Below, piece by piece: positions 40,174-51,123 of a DNA stretch of 52,596 nucleotides. Position 1 is the stretch's first letter. Each line of letters opens with the position of its first letter. Below the pieces are notes generated by a model. The model had not been told where the DNA came from and searched no databases. It was given only the letters and a program-made list of their open reading frames with translations. The translations under genes were made by a program, and so were the position numbers. The stretch comes from a virus, in the IMG/VR virus record IMGVR_UViG_3300048057_000049, positions 1-52,596 of that record; one strand, given 5' to 3'.

Positions 40174-43100
40174 ATGGCTCAAAATAAAAGACTACAAGCA
40201 GATATTGTCGTAACGGCCGACGCGAGGGGAGCCAGAGAAGCAGCGCAAGAAACCACTGGTTTTGCTAAAGCCGTTAATCAGCTGCGTATTGCCCACGAAA
40301 AAAACATCCAAACCCAACGTGAAACAGTACAAACGCTGGCAAAACTAGGCGAAGAAGGCAAAGAACTAAGCGCAGAATGGAAACTCCTGCACCGCGATCT
40401 TGACCGTCTATCTACGACAATGGTCAAGCAAGAACAGCAAGCAAGAGATCTCGCTTTTGCCAGTGATAATCTACTAGACACTACAAGAGAAGAGCAAGAC
40501 GCCTTCAATGCATTAGACTCTGAAATGAAGGAGTCTATCTCTAGTCAGAAAATACTGAATGACATCATTCGCGAAGGCAAAGATGATCTTGAAGCGCAAG
40601 GGCGAGCCGTAGACAAGCAGAACGCAGAATTCGCAGAATTAAACAACACCCTGACAGACACACTTATAAAAGAAAAGGCCAAAGCGCAAGTTGATCTTGA
40701 ACTAGCCAAAGCGCAAGAGAGAGCAACGAGATCTACACTTACCTTCGGTCATTCCATGGACGAGCTAAAGCAAACGTTAGGTCAGGCTCTTGCCGTTGGT
40801 GGCGTAGCAGGTCTAGCCTTTAAGGGTCTCAATCTAATATCCGATGGATTTAGACGTGCAATAGACGCGGCCAAGGAATTCCAACGACAGGCAACAGCAA
40901 CCTTCTCAGATCTCCAAGAAGAAGTAGCCAGAACAAAAGCGCAAATACCAGCATTAACACAGACGCAGGAGGAACTATACAACACGGCCGCATCAACAGC
41001 CCGAGAGATCGGCCGTGGTGCCGTAGAAACACAAACGGCCATCAGAAAGGCCATGAACTTGGGTCTCGACTACAATGAGGCATTAGTAGCCGTAAAACAA
41101 GCAACAGATGCAGCGCGAGTAGGCAACACCGATATGGTGCAGACACTCGTAACCGGAATGAACGCGGTCAATGCTTATGGCGTAGGTGTTTACGAACTAG
41201 GCGAAGTGCTTGATATCTACGCCAACATCACCAACAACTCCAACCTGGAAACCAGCGATCTTATTAATGGCATGGCGAAGATCATTTCACCTGCAGCAGA
41301 GGCCGGCGTTAGTTTAGAAGAAGTCGGCGCGGCCATGATCGTCATGAACCGCCAAGGTGACGACTTCGGTGAAATTGGAGATCTGCTAGGCAACATGCTG
41401 ACGCAGATCGCCGTCAAGGGGACTACAGCGGGTCAGGCATTCGAGGACGCAGCAGGTGTTGGGTTCCGTGAATTTACAGCGGCAGGCGGTACGCTTATCG
41501 ACGGTTTGAAACTGCTTGAGCAACATGCCGAAAACACCAACCAATCTATTAGTGAACTAATCCAGGGTAATAGTAAATTCTACCGTGATATGTTAGCCGG
41601 TCGAGGTGTACTGGAACTAACCGGACGGCATACGGCAGAATTAGGCGAAGCATACCAAGGCACCGCCAATGCAGCCGGTACATTAGCGGAACAAACAAAA
41701 GAGTTTGAAGGAACGCTTTATCTCGCCAATGAGCAAATGATCGCCGCCAAAGAACATGCATATGCAATGGAGGGATCACTCACAAAAGGTTTTGCCGTAG
41801 GTTTAGTTGAGTTAAAAACAGACTTATATGATCTTGTCGCCGGACTATCGCAGGGAATTGACGCCTTTACGTTGTTTGACGCCGCATTTAGAGATACTGC
41901 CAGAGCAGGGTACGGCATACCGGACGTACAGCAACTCGCTGTAAAGTTCGTTCCCGAAGATTCCAAGAATATTGATGCTGATTATCTGCGAAATGCCAAG
42001 CTAATCGTTAAACTCATGGAAGAGCAACGAGACATTACGTTTGAGCAACTTGAAGCAGAACTTCGACGGATATATGCAATAGAAGCTTATGACAAAGCAC
42101 AAGAAGAAATATTAGCAAAATCAAAAGAGCAACGCGATATTGTATTTGAATTATATGAACAACGTGAAAACCAGTTAGCCACAGCGGTAGCAATATCCCT
42201 GGCCGACAAAACAGCAGCAGCAGAGGCAGAGGCAGCAGCAGCAGCAGAGGAAAAGAGCGCGGCATTTGCCGAAAGACATCTCGAAATAGTGCAGCAAATA
42301 GCTGAACAAGCACTAGCCTATAGAATGAGACTAGGCGAGGCATACCAGGCCAGCGAGGGGATGATCCAAACCATATCGGATCTACAGCTAGAACTCAGTG
42401 TCGCAACCGATGAAGAGAGCCTCGACAATCTTAACCAACAACTAGAAGAGGCAGGAGCAGCGATAGATACACACTATCGCAAGAACGTCATAAACGCGAT
42501 GATCGCCAGTAACGGCTATACGGAAAGTGTCATAGATCTAGCCGTTGAACTAGGCTTGCTGACAGAAGATGCAGGCGAGCTACAAAAACAGTTTGTGCGC
42601 GTAACAGATGAAGGCAAGAAACTAGCCGAAATGGAGGGATTTAAGAACCTCAACTTTGAGGATCAAGCCGTTGCAGTACAGGCTCTAGCAGACGGCATAG
42701 CAGCCACAGCCAAGGAAGCGTTTAACCTGGTAGATCCCGAAGCATGGCGCAGTGAAATGCCCAAGGGTATCGTACGTGCAGAAGATCTAATGATGATCGA
42801 GCCGGACGTAGTGATAGCCCAAGAAGATACGGACGCATTACAGGCCATGGAAGATAAGCTATTAGCCTTGACTGAGGATGAATGGGAAACGGAAATAAGC
42901 TCCAACGCCGAAGATGTAGAAGAAGATATAGACGAGTTAGGCAAGGCGATAGATTGGGCCGTTAGAGGTAGAGAGCTAGTCATCACCTATAAAACAGTCG
43001 ATGAAAGCGGCGATCCCGTAAAGCCCGAAACTGATCCACTAGACCCCAACAAAACATTTGGAGCTACTGACACAGGAAGCCCCAATAAACAAGAAATCAA

Positions 43101-43209
43101 CATATCCATAGAACAATTTTTCGGTGCAACCAGCGGATCCCCCAATGACATAAAAAAAGCTACATCGGAAGGACTTTATGAAGCACTACAAAGGTGGAAC
43201 TTAACATGA
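40174..43209 (+). CDS. tail tape measure protein
   Basis: 1011 aa, Ala/Glu/Gln-rich and helical, located after the G/GT pair. Confidence 0.85.
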   Translation: MAQNKRLQADIVVTADARGAREAAQETTGFAKAVNQLRIAHEKNIQTQRETVQTLAKLGEEGKELSAEWKLLHRDLDRLSTTMVKQEQQARDLAFASDNLLDTTREEQDAFNALDSEMKESISSQKILNDIIREGKDDLEAQGRAVDKQNAEFAELNNTLTDTLIKEKAKAQVDLELAKAQERATRSTLTFGHSMDELKQTLGQALAVGGVAGLAFKGLNLISDGFRRAIDAAKEFQRQATATFSDLQEEVARTKAQIPALTQTQEELYNTAASTAREIGRGAVETQTAIRKAMNLGLDYNEALVAVKQATDAARVGNTDMVQTLVTGMNAVNAYGVGVYELGEVLDIYANITNNSNLETSDLINGMAKIISPAAEAGVSLEEVGAAMIVMNRQGDDFGEIGDLLGNMLTQIAVKGTTAGQAFEDAAGVGFREFTAAGGTLIDGLKLLEQHAENTNQSISELIQGNSKFYRDMLAGRGVLELTGRHTAELGEAYQGTANAAGTLAEQTKEFEGTLYLANEQMIAAKEHAYAMEGSLTKGFAVGLVELKTDLYDLVAGLSQGIDAFTLFDAAFRDTARAGYGIPDVQQLAVKFVPEDSKNIDADYLRNAKLIVKLMEEQRDITFEQLEAELRRIYAIEAYDKAQEEILAKSKEQRDIVFELYEQRENQLATAVAISLADKTAAAEAEAAAAAEEKSAAFAERHLEIVQQIAEQALAYRMRLGEAYQASEGMIQTISDLQLELSVATDEESLDNLNQQLEEAGAAIDTHYRKNVINAMIASNGYTESVIDLAVELGLLTEDAGELQKQFVRVTDEGKKLAEMEGFKNLNFEDQAVAVQALADGIAATAKEAFNLVDPEAWRSEMPKGIVRAEDLMMIEPDVVIAQEDTDALQAMEDKLLALTEDEWETEISSNAEDVEEDIDELGKAIDWAVRGRELVITYKTVDESGDPVKPETDPLDPNKTFGATDTGSPNKQEINISIEQFFGATSGSPNDIKKATSEGLYEALQRWNLT

Positions 43210-43649
43210 GTACCTACCTCATACCCAAATCATTCAATGGCGTTGCCATAAACGGCACAGGAGCTATTGATAGCCAGGAATTCAAACTTCCATTCCCCAA
43301 GGTTTTAGACAGAACACTTGTAGTAGCTGGAGGGGATCTCTTCGATTTTAATTACGGGCAGGGAGGAAAGTTACAAGCCGCCGAATTCCCGCTAACAATG
43401 TCAGTTCAGGCAGCAACAGCCGCAGCACTAGGCACTGCCTTCAACAACTTCTTTGGCTTACCACCCACCGGATTCTATGGCATGACCTACACATTTATAG
43501 CTAACATTCATGGCAGTGCCACCACCAAGCAATGCCAAGCGCTTATGCTCTCAGTAGATATAACAGAAGATGCAGATTGGTATGAAGCAGGAAAGACTAT
43601 CATATCTGAAATAAAAGTTGTGTTTAAGCCCTTTGGTTTATTTGTATGA
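43206..43649 (+). CDS. minor / distal tail protein
   Basis: ATGA overlap with the tape measure stop. 147 aa. Confidence 0.5.
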   Translation: MSTYLIPKSFNGVAINGTGAIDSQEFKLPFPKVLDRTLVVAGGDLFDFNYGQGGKLQAAEFPLTMSVQAATAAALGTAFNNFFGLPPTGFYGMTYTFIANIHGSATTKQCQALMLSVDITEDADWYEAGKTIISEIKVVFKPFGLFV

Positions 43650-46600
43650 GTCAAGCATGGAAAGGTCCCTATGCAGAGATACGTCTTGCATCTGCACCAG
43701 GTACAGTTAAATCAATAGTAGACAACGGCCGTCCGGTCTATGTCATCCCCCTGCTATCTTCCGAGGGCAATTGGATTGCCGGTAATTTTGGCAGCGGTTC
43801 GGCCACAGCCCCGCTAGACAATCGAGACAATTATCCTTTCGTCGAGAAAGGGGATATCATGCGTACTTACTGTTACAGTGAACGTGTGAGTCCGTCTACC
43901 TATACGGCCGTCGTCGCCATGTTTATCGTGCAAGAAATCGCGATTGACGAAGTAGGGGGAACAGTTGAATATAGCGGCGAAGGACTAAGTGAAGAACTAC
44001 AACGCAAGATCCTTGATAAAGACTTCATAGCTATCTCCTACTCCGGTACAGCACCGATCGTCAACGAAACCTATGTTCAGTTAGCTGCAGCAGATGTAAA
44101 GGCAGACGACTTCTATAATGGAGCCGTGATAGAGGTAGACGGCAAATTTGCAGATGTTGACGACTACACAAATTCCAGCAATAGATGCAATGTTACATGG
44201 CGTGATGGTTTTATTGACAGCACTAACCGGCCGTACAACCTCTATTTAGGCAAGGCACCAGACGACATTACGCAGGCAATTTCTAATAGTCAAACCTGGT
44301 GGACTTCGAGCATAAGCGGATCTCCAAACGGCACATTCATTCCAGTAAACGGCCGTTATTGCATAGATCTACTAAAAGACATAGTAACCGAATCAGGTTG
44401 GTATTTTCGTGAGCAACTTAGCACCACCGTAGAACGAAAACTCTATTGGTTCGATTCCAATGCGGCCACTCCTATTGATAGCGGAGTTTACGTAGCGGCA
44501 ATGTCAGAATTCACAGCAGCGGGACTGGAGTCAAACACGAACAATGCGCCGGTAATAAACTGTACCAGGTCGCGATCATGGCGTGATAAATGGACTCGAA
44601 TTTACGTTGCTTCAAACGATGGCATCACATTAAATGGGTTAACAGGAGCAGATGTCACAGTTCCAACAGGATTCAGTGTCGATTATGCCAATTCGCTTGT
44701 CATCCACGACGACGCAGAAGCAGGATTGATACAGCCACAAATAACCGAAGCATCCTTTGTGTTCAAGGAGATCTCAGCCACAAACACCAGCAGTGTGCAA
44801 AGAAAAGAAACACAGCAGCGTGTATTTTATGCGGCCATAGCAAAACTACGCGCACGAAGCCGGTTAAACAGTACCTACAATTTACGAACCGTTCTCCTAC
44901 GTGACATCCAGGTTGGAGAAACATTACATCTAAAATATACCAAGAGCCAGAACGGTGAAATTCTTTGGACAGTTGACGACGATCTATGGATAAGGAACAT
45001 CAAGCCCAGTGCAGATAGTTCAACAGGATTAAGAATATTAGACATTGAACTAGGCGAGCAATTCGTTTCCGGTCCGAAAGACGGAAATGAGGCAGTGGCG
45101 CAGGCCATAGCAAACAGCGGCGCGGCCTCAAATATCATCGTCAGTGGAGGAACAGGCACAGCACCAGGAACCCATTATCACACACAGTATTTTCCATTAG
45201 ATGCCAGTGCAATAATTACCGGACTAACACGCATAGCTAACGGTCTGCAATTTCAGGCAGCACAGACCATCTCCACCACAGCCGGAAATCTCACATTGCA
45301 GCCGGCAGCAGATCTACTCCTCTATCCAACTAGTACCTTCATCAAGATCGACGGCACACTGCAATTCCAGGGGCCAGAGAAAATCTCCACCACAACAGGC
45401 GATCTGACTATTCAGCCACAAGGCGACCTGATCCTAACGCCCAACAACACCTTCATCAAGATCGACGGCACACTGCAATTCCAAGGGCCGGAGAAGATCA
45501 CCACCACAACAGGCGATCTGACTATTCAGCCACAAGACGATCTAGTTCTCTCACCTAACAGCACCTTCGTCAAGATCGACGGCACACTGCAATTCCAAGG
45601 GCCGGAGAAGATCACCACCACAACAGGCGATCTGACTATTCAGCCAACCAACAATCTGGTACTGACTCCTAATAACAGCGTCGTAGAGCTAACCCAATTT
45701 ATCGTATTCAGAGGGGAGGGATACGTAGCCCCAGGCGCAACCGCATTTACACAGCAGTTTAAGATAGATACAGATGCAGGAGCGATCTATTGTGCCTATA
45801 TCGAGGCCGACGAAATGCACGTCAGGCTCTTCCAGGCCGATATTACTATGGCCAAGGCTAACGGTCTAGTAGTAACAGATTCAGTTGCCGTCGTCGCTCA
45901 GGTGCACACAGTTGCTCCAATCGACAGTTCCAGCTATCTCTATGTTGAAGATAATCCGGTTTTTGGCGATGCTCAAGTATTCAACGAAGGAGACTGGATT
46001 CGAGAACGAGCATTTAGACGCAGCACAGGCGTTAATATGTTCAATGTTTGGAGCCAGGTCTCCAACTACGTTGACCAAACAGACGGCACACAACGTTGGG
46101 ATGCAACAACAAGAAAAGCAGGATCAAGTGATCAAGCCGTTGGTTATGATATTGGCGTTGGCACACCTGTTTTAGGATACGGAAAATCGGGCCAAGGTTG
46201 GTGGGAAGTCGATGCTCGTCGGGAACAAGGACCGTTTGTGCGTTTCGGCGCATGGTATGGTGATGCTCCATGGAAATCCGCCAATCAGGTTACACACATC
46301 CTTGAAGGCAATCTCGTAAGTTTAACCGGAACACAAGAGTATGGCTTCTTCACTGGAGATATTAACGGGCCACACGTCCTGTTATCAGATATTGACAATA
46401 CATTCCAAGACATTGAAATCCATTTGACAGAAGGTCTAAATGACAACGCCTATATCAGATTGTATGCACTTCGATTAGTGTCCGATTTAGATTTGGATGT
46501 GCGAGTCAATGGCGACATCAGTGCATCAGGAATAACAAGATCATCCGGCTCAGGATCTTATTACACTCACATAGAGGAAGATCCCACGTGGATGCAACCG

Positions 46601-48001
46601 GACTCAGATTGGATAAATAATGACGTAGGCCAATCAGGAACAATCAAATTTAATTTACAGCCCATCACCCATAATATGACCAGGATGTCGATTAAATTTT
46701 ATGTTTCAAATCATGCCTTTGTCAATGACACCTGTCAATTATTTGCCCAGCTATTTAAGTCCGATCAAACAACCAAACTCAGTGACAAGATTAAATTGTC
46801 TACACAAAACAGTCTGGCCAATGGTACAGATGCACTGTTTGAAGCGCACTTCACGAGTTTAGATATCAGTGCATCAGACGCAGAGTGGGATGCAGCGATC
46901 ATACAAATCTGGTGGGTATACCAAATTAGAGGGACATCACCAGTCCTAGATCTAGATGCTACCACAGGACTCACCATCCACACTGAAAGCTACCCGCCCA
47001 ACAATGGCTATCATCGTATTGTCTTTAACAACAGTACCACAGATAGAGTATTAGGCCAGATAAACTGTTTTGAAACAACGGCAACAAGTGCCGATTTCGG
47101 ATTGTATATGTATGAGGGTTACGACAACCCTACGCATAACACCATGACTCTCCAGGTCGAGGCACAAACAAACTATGATGCAGACCTGGAGTTGGCTGCT
47201 TATGGTAATAGTGGAAATGATAGCCCAGCCATAGTTCATCTTTATTCAAATAACGCCTATCCAGAGATCGGGATGCAGGGCATCATCTATGCCAGTGATG
47301 GTATGAATCTTGGCGGAAGCAATACACCATCCCGAGGCCAGATAGTTCTCGACCAAGGTTCTGGTGATGGTTACATTCTAACCGGACTATCCAGCGATTT
47401 GACAGCACTGACAACTCAAGGAATGGACACCAATGAAACCTTCATTCAAATTAGCAAGATCAGTGGCTTAAATGGTGGCGTATTAATAAAAGGCGGCGCA
47501 GAAGGAAGTGCAGACAGAGCATTACAATTAGTTGGATCAGCGAATACGCCCACGGCCGTAAGAACAACGGCCGGTTTCGCGCCATTAGTATTGATCGGGC
47601 AAATAGATGGTACTTCAGTAGGCGCAGATAATAATGCCGTCGCTTTGTATAGTGGTCCTTACATGCGCTGGGTAATGCAAGGAGATGGCGACACCTATCA
47701 AGACGGCGATATGTACGACACACAAGACTTCACGCCTGATTTCTTGGACGATGTTAGCGCAATACGCGCCACAATGATAGCCACAGGCAAGGCTATTATA
47801 AGTAAAATAAAACCAGATGTTGACTACACAAAAGAATATCTGGAAGAGCTAGAATTGCTAAATGGCAAGCATCGCAATAGAAGTAAGTTGTCAGAATTGC
47901 ACAGCGGTGCCATTTGGCAGCTACATGAGAGACTTGTAAATATAGAGCAAAAGAAATCCTTGTTTGAGCGCATATGCACTATGTTCTCACGGAGAAAGTA
48001 A
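43646..48001 (+). CDS. tail tip / central fibre (host-specificity-like) protein
   Basis: 1451 aa, downstream of the tape measure gene. Contains four 38-aa tandem repeats. Confidence 0.65.
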   Translation: MSQAWKGPYAEIRLASAPGTVKSIVDNGRPVYVIPLLSSEGNWIAGNFGSGSATAPLDNRDNYPFVEKGDIMRTYCYSERVSPSTYTAVVAMFIVQEIAIDEVGGTVEYSGEGLSEELQRKILDKDFIAISYSGTAPIVNETYVQLAAADVKADDFYNGAVIEVDGKFADVDDYTNSSNRCNVTWRDGFIDSTNRPYNLYLGKAPDDITQAISNSQTWWTSSISGSPNGTFIPVNGRYCIDLLKDIVTESGWYFREQLSTTVERKLYWFDSNAATPIDSGVYVAAMSEFTAAGLESNTNNAPVINCTRSRSWRDKWTRIYVASNDGITLNGLTGADVTVPTGFSVDYANSLVIHDDAEAGLIQPQITEASFVFKEISATNTSSVQRKETQQRVFYAAIAKLRARSRLNSTYNLRTVLLRDIQVGETLHLKYTKSQNGEILWTVDDDLWIRNIKPSADSSTGLRILDIELGEQFVSGPKDGNEAVAQAIANSGAASNIIVSGGTGTAPGTHYHTQYFPLDASAIITGLTRIANGLQFQAAQTISTTAGNLTLQPAADLLLYPTSTFIKIDGTLQFQGPEKISTTTGDLTIQPQGDLILTPNNTFIKIDGTLQFQGPEKITTTTGDLTIQPQDDLVLSPNSTFVKIDGTLQFQGPEKITTTTGDLTIQPTNNLVLTPNNSVVELTQFIVFRGEGYVAPGATAFTQQFKIDTDAGAIYCAYIEADEMHVRLFQADITMAKANGLVVTDSVAVVAQVHTVAPIDSSSYLYVEDNPVFGDAQVFNEGDWIRERAFRRSTGVNMFNVWSQVSNYVDQTDGTQRWDATTRKAGSSDQAVGYDIGVGTPVLGYGKSGQGWWEVDARREQGPFVRFGAWYGDAPWKSANQVTHILEGNLVSLTGTQEYGFFTGDINGPHVLLSDIDNTFQDIEIHLTEGLNDNAYIRLYALRLVSDLDLDVRVNGDISASGITRSSGSGSYYTHIEEDPTWMQPDSDWINNDVGQSGTIKFNLQPITHNMTRMSIKFYVSNHAFVNDTCQLFAQLFKSDQTTKLSDKIKLSTQNSLANGTDALFEAHFTSLDISASDAEWDAAIIQIWWVYQIRGTSPVLDLDATTGLTIHTESYPPNNGYHRIVFNNSTTDRVLGQINCFETTATSADFGLYMYEGYDNPTHNTMTLQVEAQTNYDADLELAAYGNSGNDSPAIVHLYSNNAYPEIGMQGIIYASDGMNLGGSNTPSRGQIVLDQGSGDGYILTGLSSDLTALTTQGMDTNETFIQISKISGLNGGVLIKGGAEGSADRALQLVGSANTPTAVRTTAGFAPLVLIGQIDGTSVGADNNAVALYSGPYMRWVMQGDGDTYQDGDMYDTQDFTPDFLDDVSAIRATMIATGKAIISKIKPDVDYTKEYLEELELLNGKHRNRSKLSELHSGAIWQLHERLVNIEQKKSLFERICTMFSRRK
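45224..45679 (+). repeat. 114-bp (38-codon) coding tandem repeat x4 in the tail-tip protein
   Basis: ttcatcaagatcgacggcacactgcaattcca... recurs at 45338, 45452 and 45566. A more diverged copy starts at about 45224. Confidence 0.9.
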
Positions 48002-48005
48002 AAAA

Positions 48006-48233
48006 ATGGCCGACATAACATTTCAGATTAGCGACACGCATATGCCACGTCTAATAGCAGCAATGGCCGCACATTATGGTTATCGTGATATGATTGACGA
48101 TAACCCGAATCCAGAACCAAAGGGGGTATTTATTAAACGGAAAATAACGCGTGATTGGATCACAATTGTAAAGACACAGGAACGCAAGGAACAGGCAGAG
48201 GCATTAACAATCACAGAAATTGATATCACTTAA
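48006..48233 (+). CDS. hypothetical protein
   Basis: ATG at 48006, 75 aa. Confidence 0.45.
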   Translation: MADITFQISDTHMPRLIAAMAAHYGYRDMIDDNPNPEPKGVFIKRKITRDWITIVKTQERKEQAEALTITEIDIT

Positions 48234-48250
48234 AAAGGGGTAAGTAAATA

Positions 48251-48484
48251 ATGAATACAAACGGACAAGCAGCACAGACGGAAGAAACGGTAATTTTGCA
48301 GGCAGTCAGGGTCGCAAATGGCAGCATCCAGATAGGAGTACGTGAAGGTGTGAACGTAACATCTGGACTGCTACGAAGAATAGCAAAGCAGATCGAAGAT
48401 TTAGCAGACAATCAATTGATTCTCATGCCATCTGCACAACAGCCGTCACAGCCGGAAAAGGCCGAGGAAGTCATCAATGAGTAA
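48251..48484 (+). CDS. hypothetical protein
   Basis: 77 aa with SD aaagggg upstream. Confidence 0.45.
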   Translation: MNTNGQAAQTEETVILQAVRVANGSIQIGVREGVNVTSGLLRRIAKQIEDLADNQLILMPSAQQPSQPEKAEEVINE

Positions 48485-50849
48485 AGGATTCTGGAAAATA
48501 TTCCCACAGTATACAGCCGTATCACGCATGTCTGGTTGGGGAGAACTAGTTAAGACCGTCAATGCGATCGGCCGTCCAGTCTCACAAGCGTCAAGCGATG
48601 CCACACCAGCAGATATCCAGAACAACGCCACCAACATCGGCAATGTAATCATGACCGAAGATCGGCAAGGGTACCGTTTCGGTTTTGATTATCGCTTCCA
48701 TGCAACAGAAGAAGCCGCACATATCGCCTGGAAAGAGTTTGTTAAAGCCAGATGGAATAATTACAAACAAGTTATCCCTCTTGATGTAAATCCAGCAATT
48801 ACGGCCGTATCCATTGAAAATGAGCAAGCCGGCTGGTTGGGATGGAAACAGGAGTTTGACACTAAACCAGCATTAGGATCAATACCAGGCTTCACGGGTT
48901 GGGGAGATTGTGAAGGGTGGCAAGCCTATTACACGGCCGTAGAGATGTTAAAAGAGTCGCATCCATGGCGTTATTTTGCATTTGCCTATTCAGCTGGCCT
49001 TCCCGAGTATGGCGTATGGAAACAGCCAGGAATGAAAATTTATCTGGAACTGTGCGAAAAATATCCAGATCGCTTTGGTATCGCGCTTCATGAATATTCG
49101 CTGCATGACAATCTATTTTGGGATGCAACATTTGGAAAATCACCAACAGATGCCATCGGCCATCACGTATTCCGCTTCAAGCACTTATTTAATGCCTGCG
49201 ATCAAATGGGCATTAAACGGCCGCGAGTACAGATAACTGAGTTCGGCTACCATCAAAACAAGTTAGCACCATCTGAAGAAACGACAAAACAACAGCTATT
49301 GCAGGCCGCAGAGGTATATGCGCACTACCCTGAAATAGAGCTAGTAGCATTATGGACTGCCTCAAATAGTTGGAAACCAGTTAATACACAAGTAGAAAGT
49401 CTAATCCCCTACATGAAAAAACAAGCCTCAACACAGGTATGGGATATCGAGGAAGCACCACCCCCAATCCCGCCACAGAATAAGCCGAAGATCGTCATTG
49501 TAAAAGTTGGCCAGGAACATGGACTAACTGCATGGTTAGCCAGTTCGACCTTCGCGTACAACAACTACAAACGCACAATGACAGCCAGTCATGACGACAT
49601 GGTTACGATGATGAAGGCCGGCAATACAGAAAGCTATGTGGTTCTTGTCGATCCAGCATATCCAAGTCAGCAACAGGCCGAGAAGATCATCAAGGCGAAT
49701 AGTTGGAAATACGAAGTCCAATACATAGACCATCCCCCTACTCCAACAGTAGAGGATATATTGCAGTATCGTCCATGTGATACGGAATTGATCACGCAAA
49801 GGTTTGGTGAAAATCCTGATAAGTATAAGCCGTTCGGCTTGCCAGGACACGAAGCCATTGATTTTGCCGTACAATCAGGCTCGCCATTCTACGCTGCTCA
49901 AGACGGTATAGTTGAGTATGCAGGAGACAAAACGCTAAACGGTCTACCATCTCGTTATGGTTGGCATGTATATCTAAGACACAACGTTAAAGGCACTCAG
50001 TTTGTAACAGTCTATGCTCATGCTAGAAAAGATCTGCAGGTAACAAAAGGAGAGGCAGTTAGTGCCGGAGAAATATTAGGCTATTCCGGCAACTCAGGAG
50101 CATCAACAGGCTATCATGAACATTTCGGCATCCTTTGGCCTACCAACACGGGTAATGGCTATCCTATGTGGACTTTTGGCCAGCCGATAGATCCGTACCC
50201 ATACCTCAAGAATAAACCAGCACCGGCACCCCCCATCGTGAAAGCATACGACATGCTACCTTACCTATGTGGCGACGGCCGTATGTACGAAGTTAGACAT
50301 TTAAGCGGAGCAACTGAAATATTCCAAAGTCAGAAAGAGGGCAAAACGTTTTATCAGGTCAAAAACAACCAATACGAAACTTTACGCTATGACGACACGT
50401 ACATATGGCGCGGATTAGACACGTCTCCAGGTCCGGCACCTCTTTATGCCGAACGCCCAGGAGTCAACCGCATGTATACTCAAAGAGAGGAAGGTGCAAC
50501 AGCAGCCAAGTGGCTAAAACGATATATGCGTGAAGGCGAGACATTCACAGAAGAACCGCAACATTGGGTGCAGTTTGGCTATAAGGATAACTGCCAAAAT
50601 TCTAATGCTAACAGCGGTCCATCCAGAAATGTTGTTACTTTTAGTAAGCAGCATGATCTCTATCAATTTGGAAATATTACCCTGGTAGATGTCATCCAAA
50701 TACAAACAAATACCGGCGAGACCATGTTCTATGCAAAGGATTTCGGCCTTGTTGCTTGGGGTATGGAAAGGAAAATGAGTATGATAAGCAAATTCATTAC
50801 CGGCCGTCCCGATCTTGTTAGAGAGCCAGGTTGTTTTACTGAAGTTTAG
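48477..50849 (+). CDS. multidomain cell-wall hydrolase: N-terminal glycosidase-like TIM-barrel region plus M23 (LytM) metallopeptidase domain
   Basis: M23 motifs GHEAIDF (HxxxD) and GYHEHFG (HxH). The N-terminal part has LHEYS and VQITEFGYH, reminiscent of clan GH-A catalytic glutamates. Confidence 0.75.
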   Translation: MSKGFWKIFPQYTAVSRMSGWGELVKTVNAIGRPVSQASSDATPADIQNNATNIGNVIMTEDRQGYRFGFDYRFHATEEAAHIAWKEFVKARWNNYKQVIPLDVNPAITAVSIENEQAGWLGWKQEFDTKPALGSIPGFTGWGDCEGWQAYYTAVEMLKESHPWRYFAFAYSAGLPEYGVWKQPGMKIYLELCEKYPDRFGIALHEYSLHDNLFWDATFGKSPTDAIGHHVFRFKHLFNACDQMGIKRPRVQITEFGYHQNKLAPSEETTKQQLLQAAEVYAHYPEIELVALWTASNSWKPVNTQVESLIPYMKKQASTQVWDIEEAPPPIPPQNKPKIVIVKVGQEHGLTAWLASSTFAYNNYKRTMTASHDDMVTMMKAGNTESYVVLVDPAYPSQQQAEKIIKANSWKYEVQYIDHPPTPTVEDILQYRPCDTELITQRFGENPDKYKPFGLPGHEAIDFAVQSGSPFYAAQDGIVEYAGDKTLNGLPSRYGWHVYLRHNVKGTQFVTVYAHARKDLQVTKGEAVSAGEILGYSGNSGASTGYHEHFGILWPTNTGNGYPMWTFGQPIDPYPYLKNKPAPAPPIVKAYDMLPYLCGDGRMYEVRHLSGATEIFQSQKEGKTFYQVKNNQYETLRYDDTYIWRGLDTSPGPAPLYAERPGVNRMYTQREEGATAAKWLKRYMREGETFTEEPQHWVQFGYKDNCQNSNANSGPSRNVVTFSKQHDLYQFGNITLVDVIQIQTNTGETMFYAKDFGLVAWGMERKMSMISKFITGRPDLVREPGCFTEV

Positions 50850-50867
50850 CTATAGGAGTTAAAAATA

Positions 50868-51122
50868 ATGGCAGTATTAAACGAGGTGAGCCGTGTAGAA
50901 GTTTGGGCTGACCTTATGCGTCAGCTATCAAATGATGGGGATTCGATTGGGATTAACAAAGTAGACCTGAGAGCGGCCGTTAATGCGCTTGATGATTTCA
51001 TGGACAACAATGAGGGCGCGGTAAACTCAGCATTACCACAGCAAGCACGTTCTGCGTTGACAGTGCAGCAAAAGGCGCTGCTCCTGTCATTCGTTGTCCT
51101 CAAAAGGTATAAGGTGATTTGA
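50868..51122 (+). CDS. hypothetical protein
   Basis: 84 aa with SD aggag upstream. Confidence 0.45.
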   Translation: MAVLNEVSRVEVWADLMRQLSNDGDSIGINKVDLRAAVNALDDFMDNNEGAVNSALPQQARSALTVQQKALLLSFVVLKRYKVI

Positions 51123-51123
51123 T

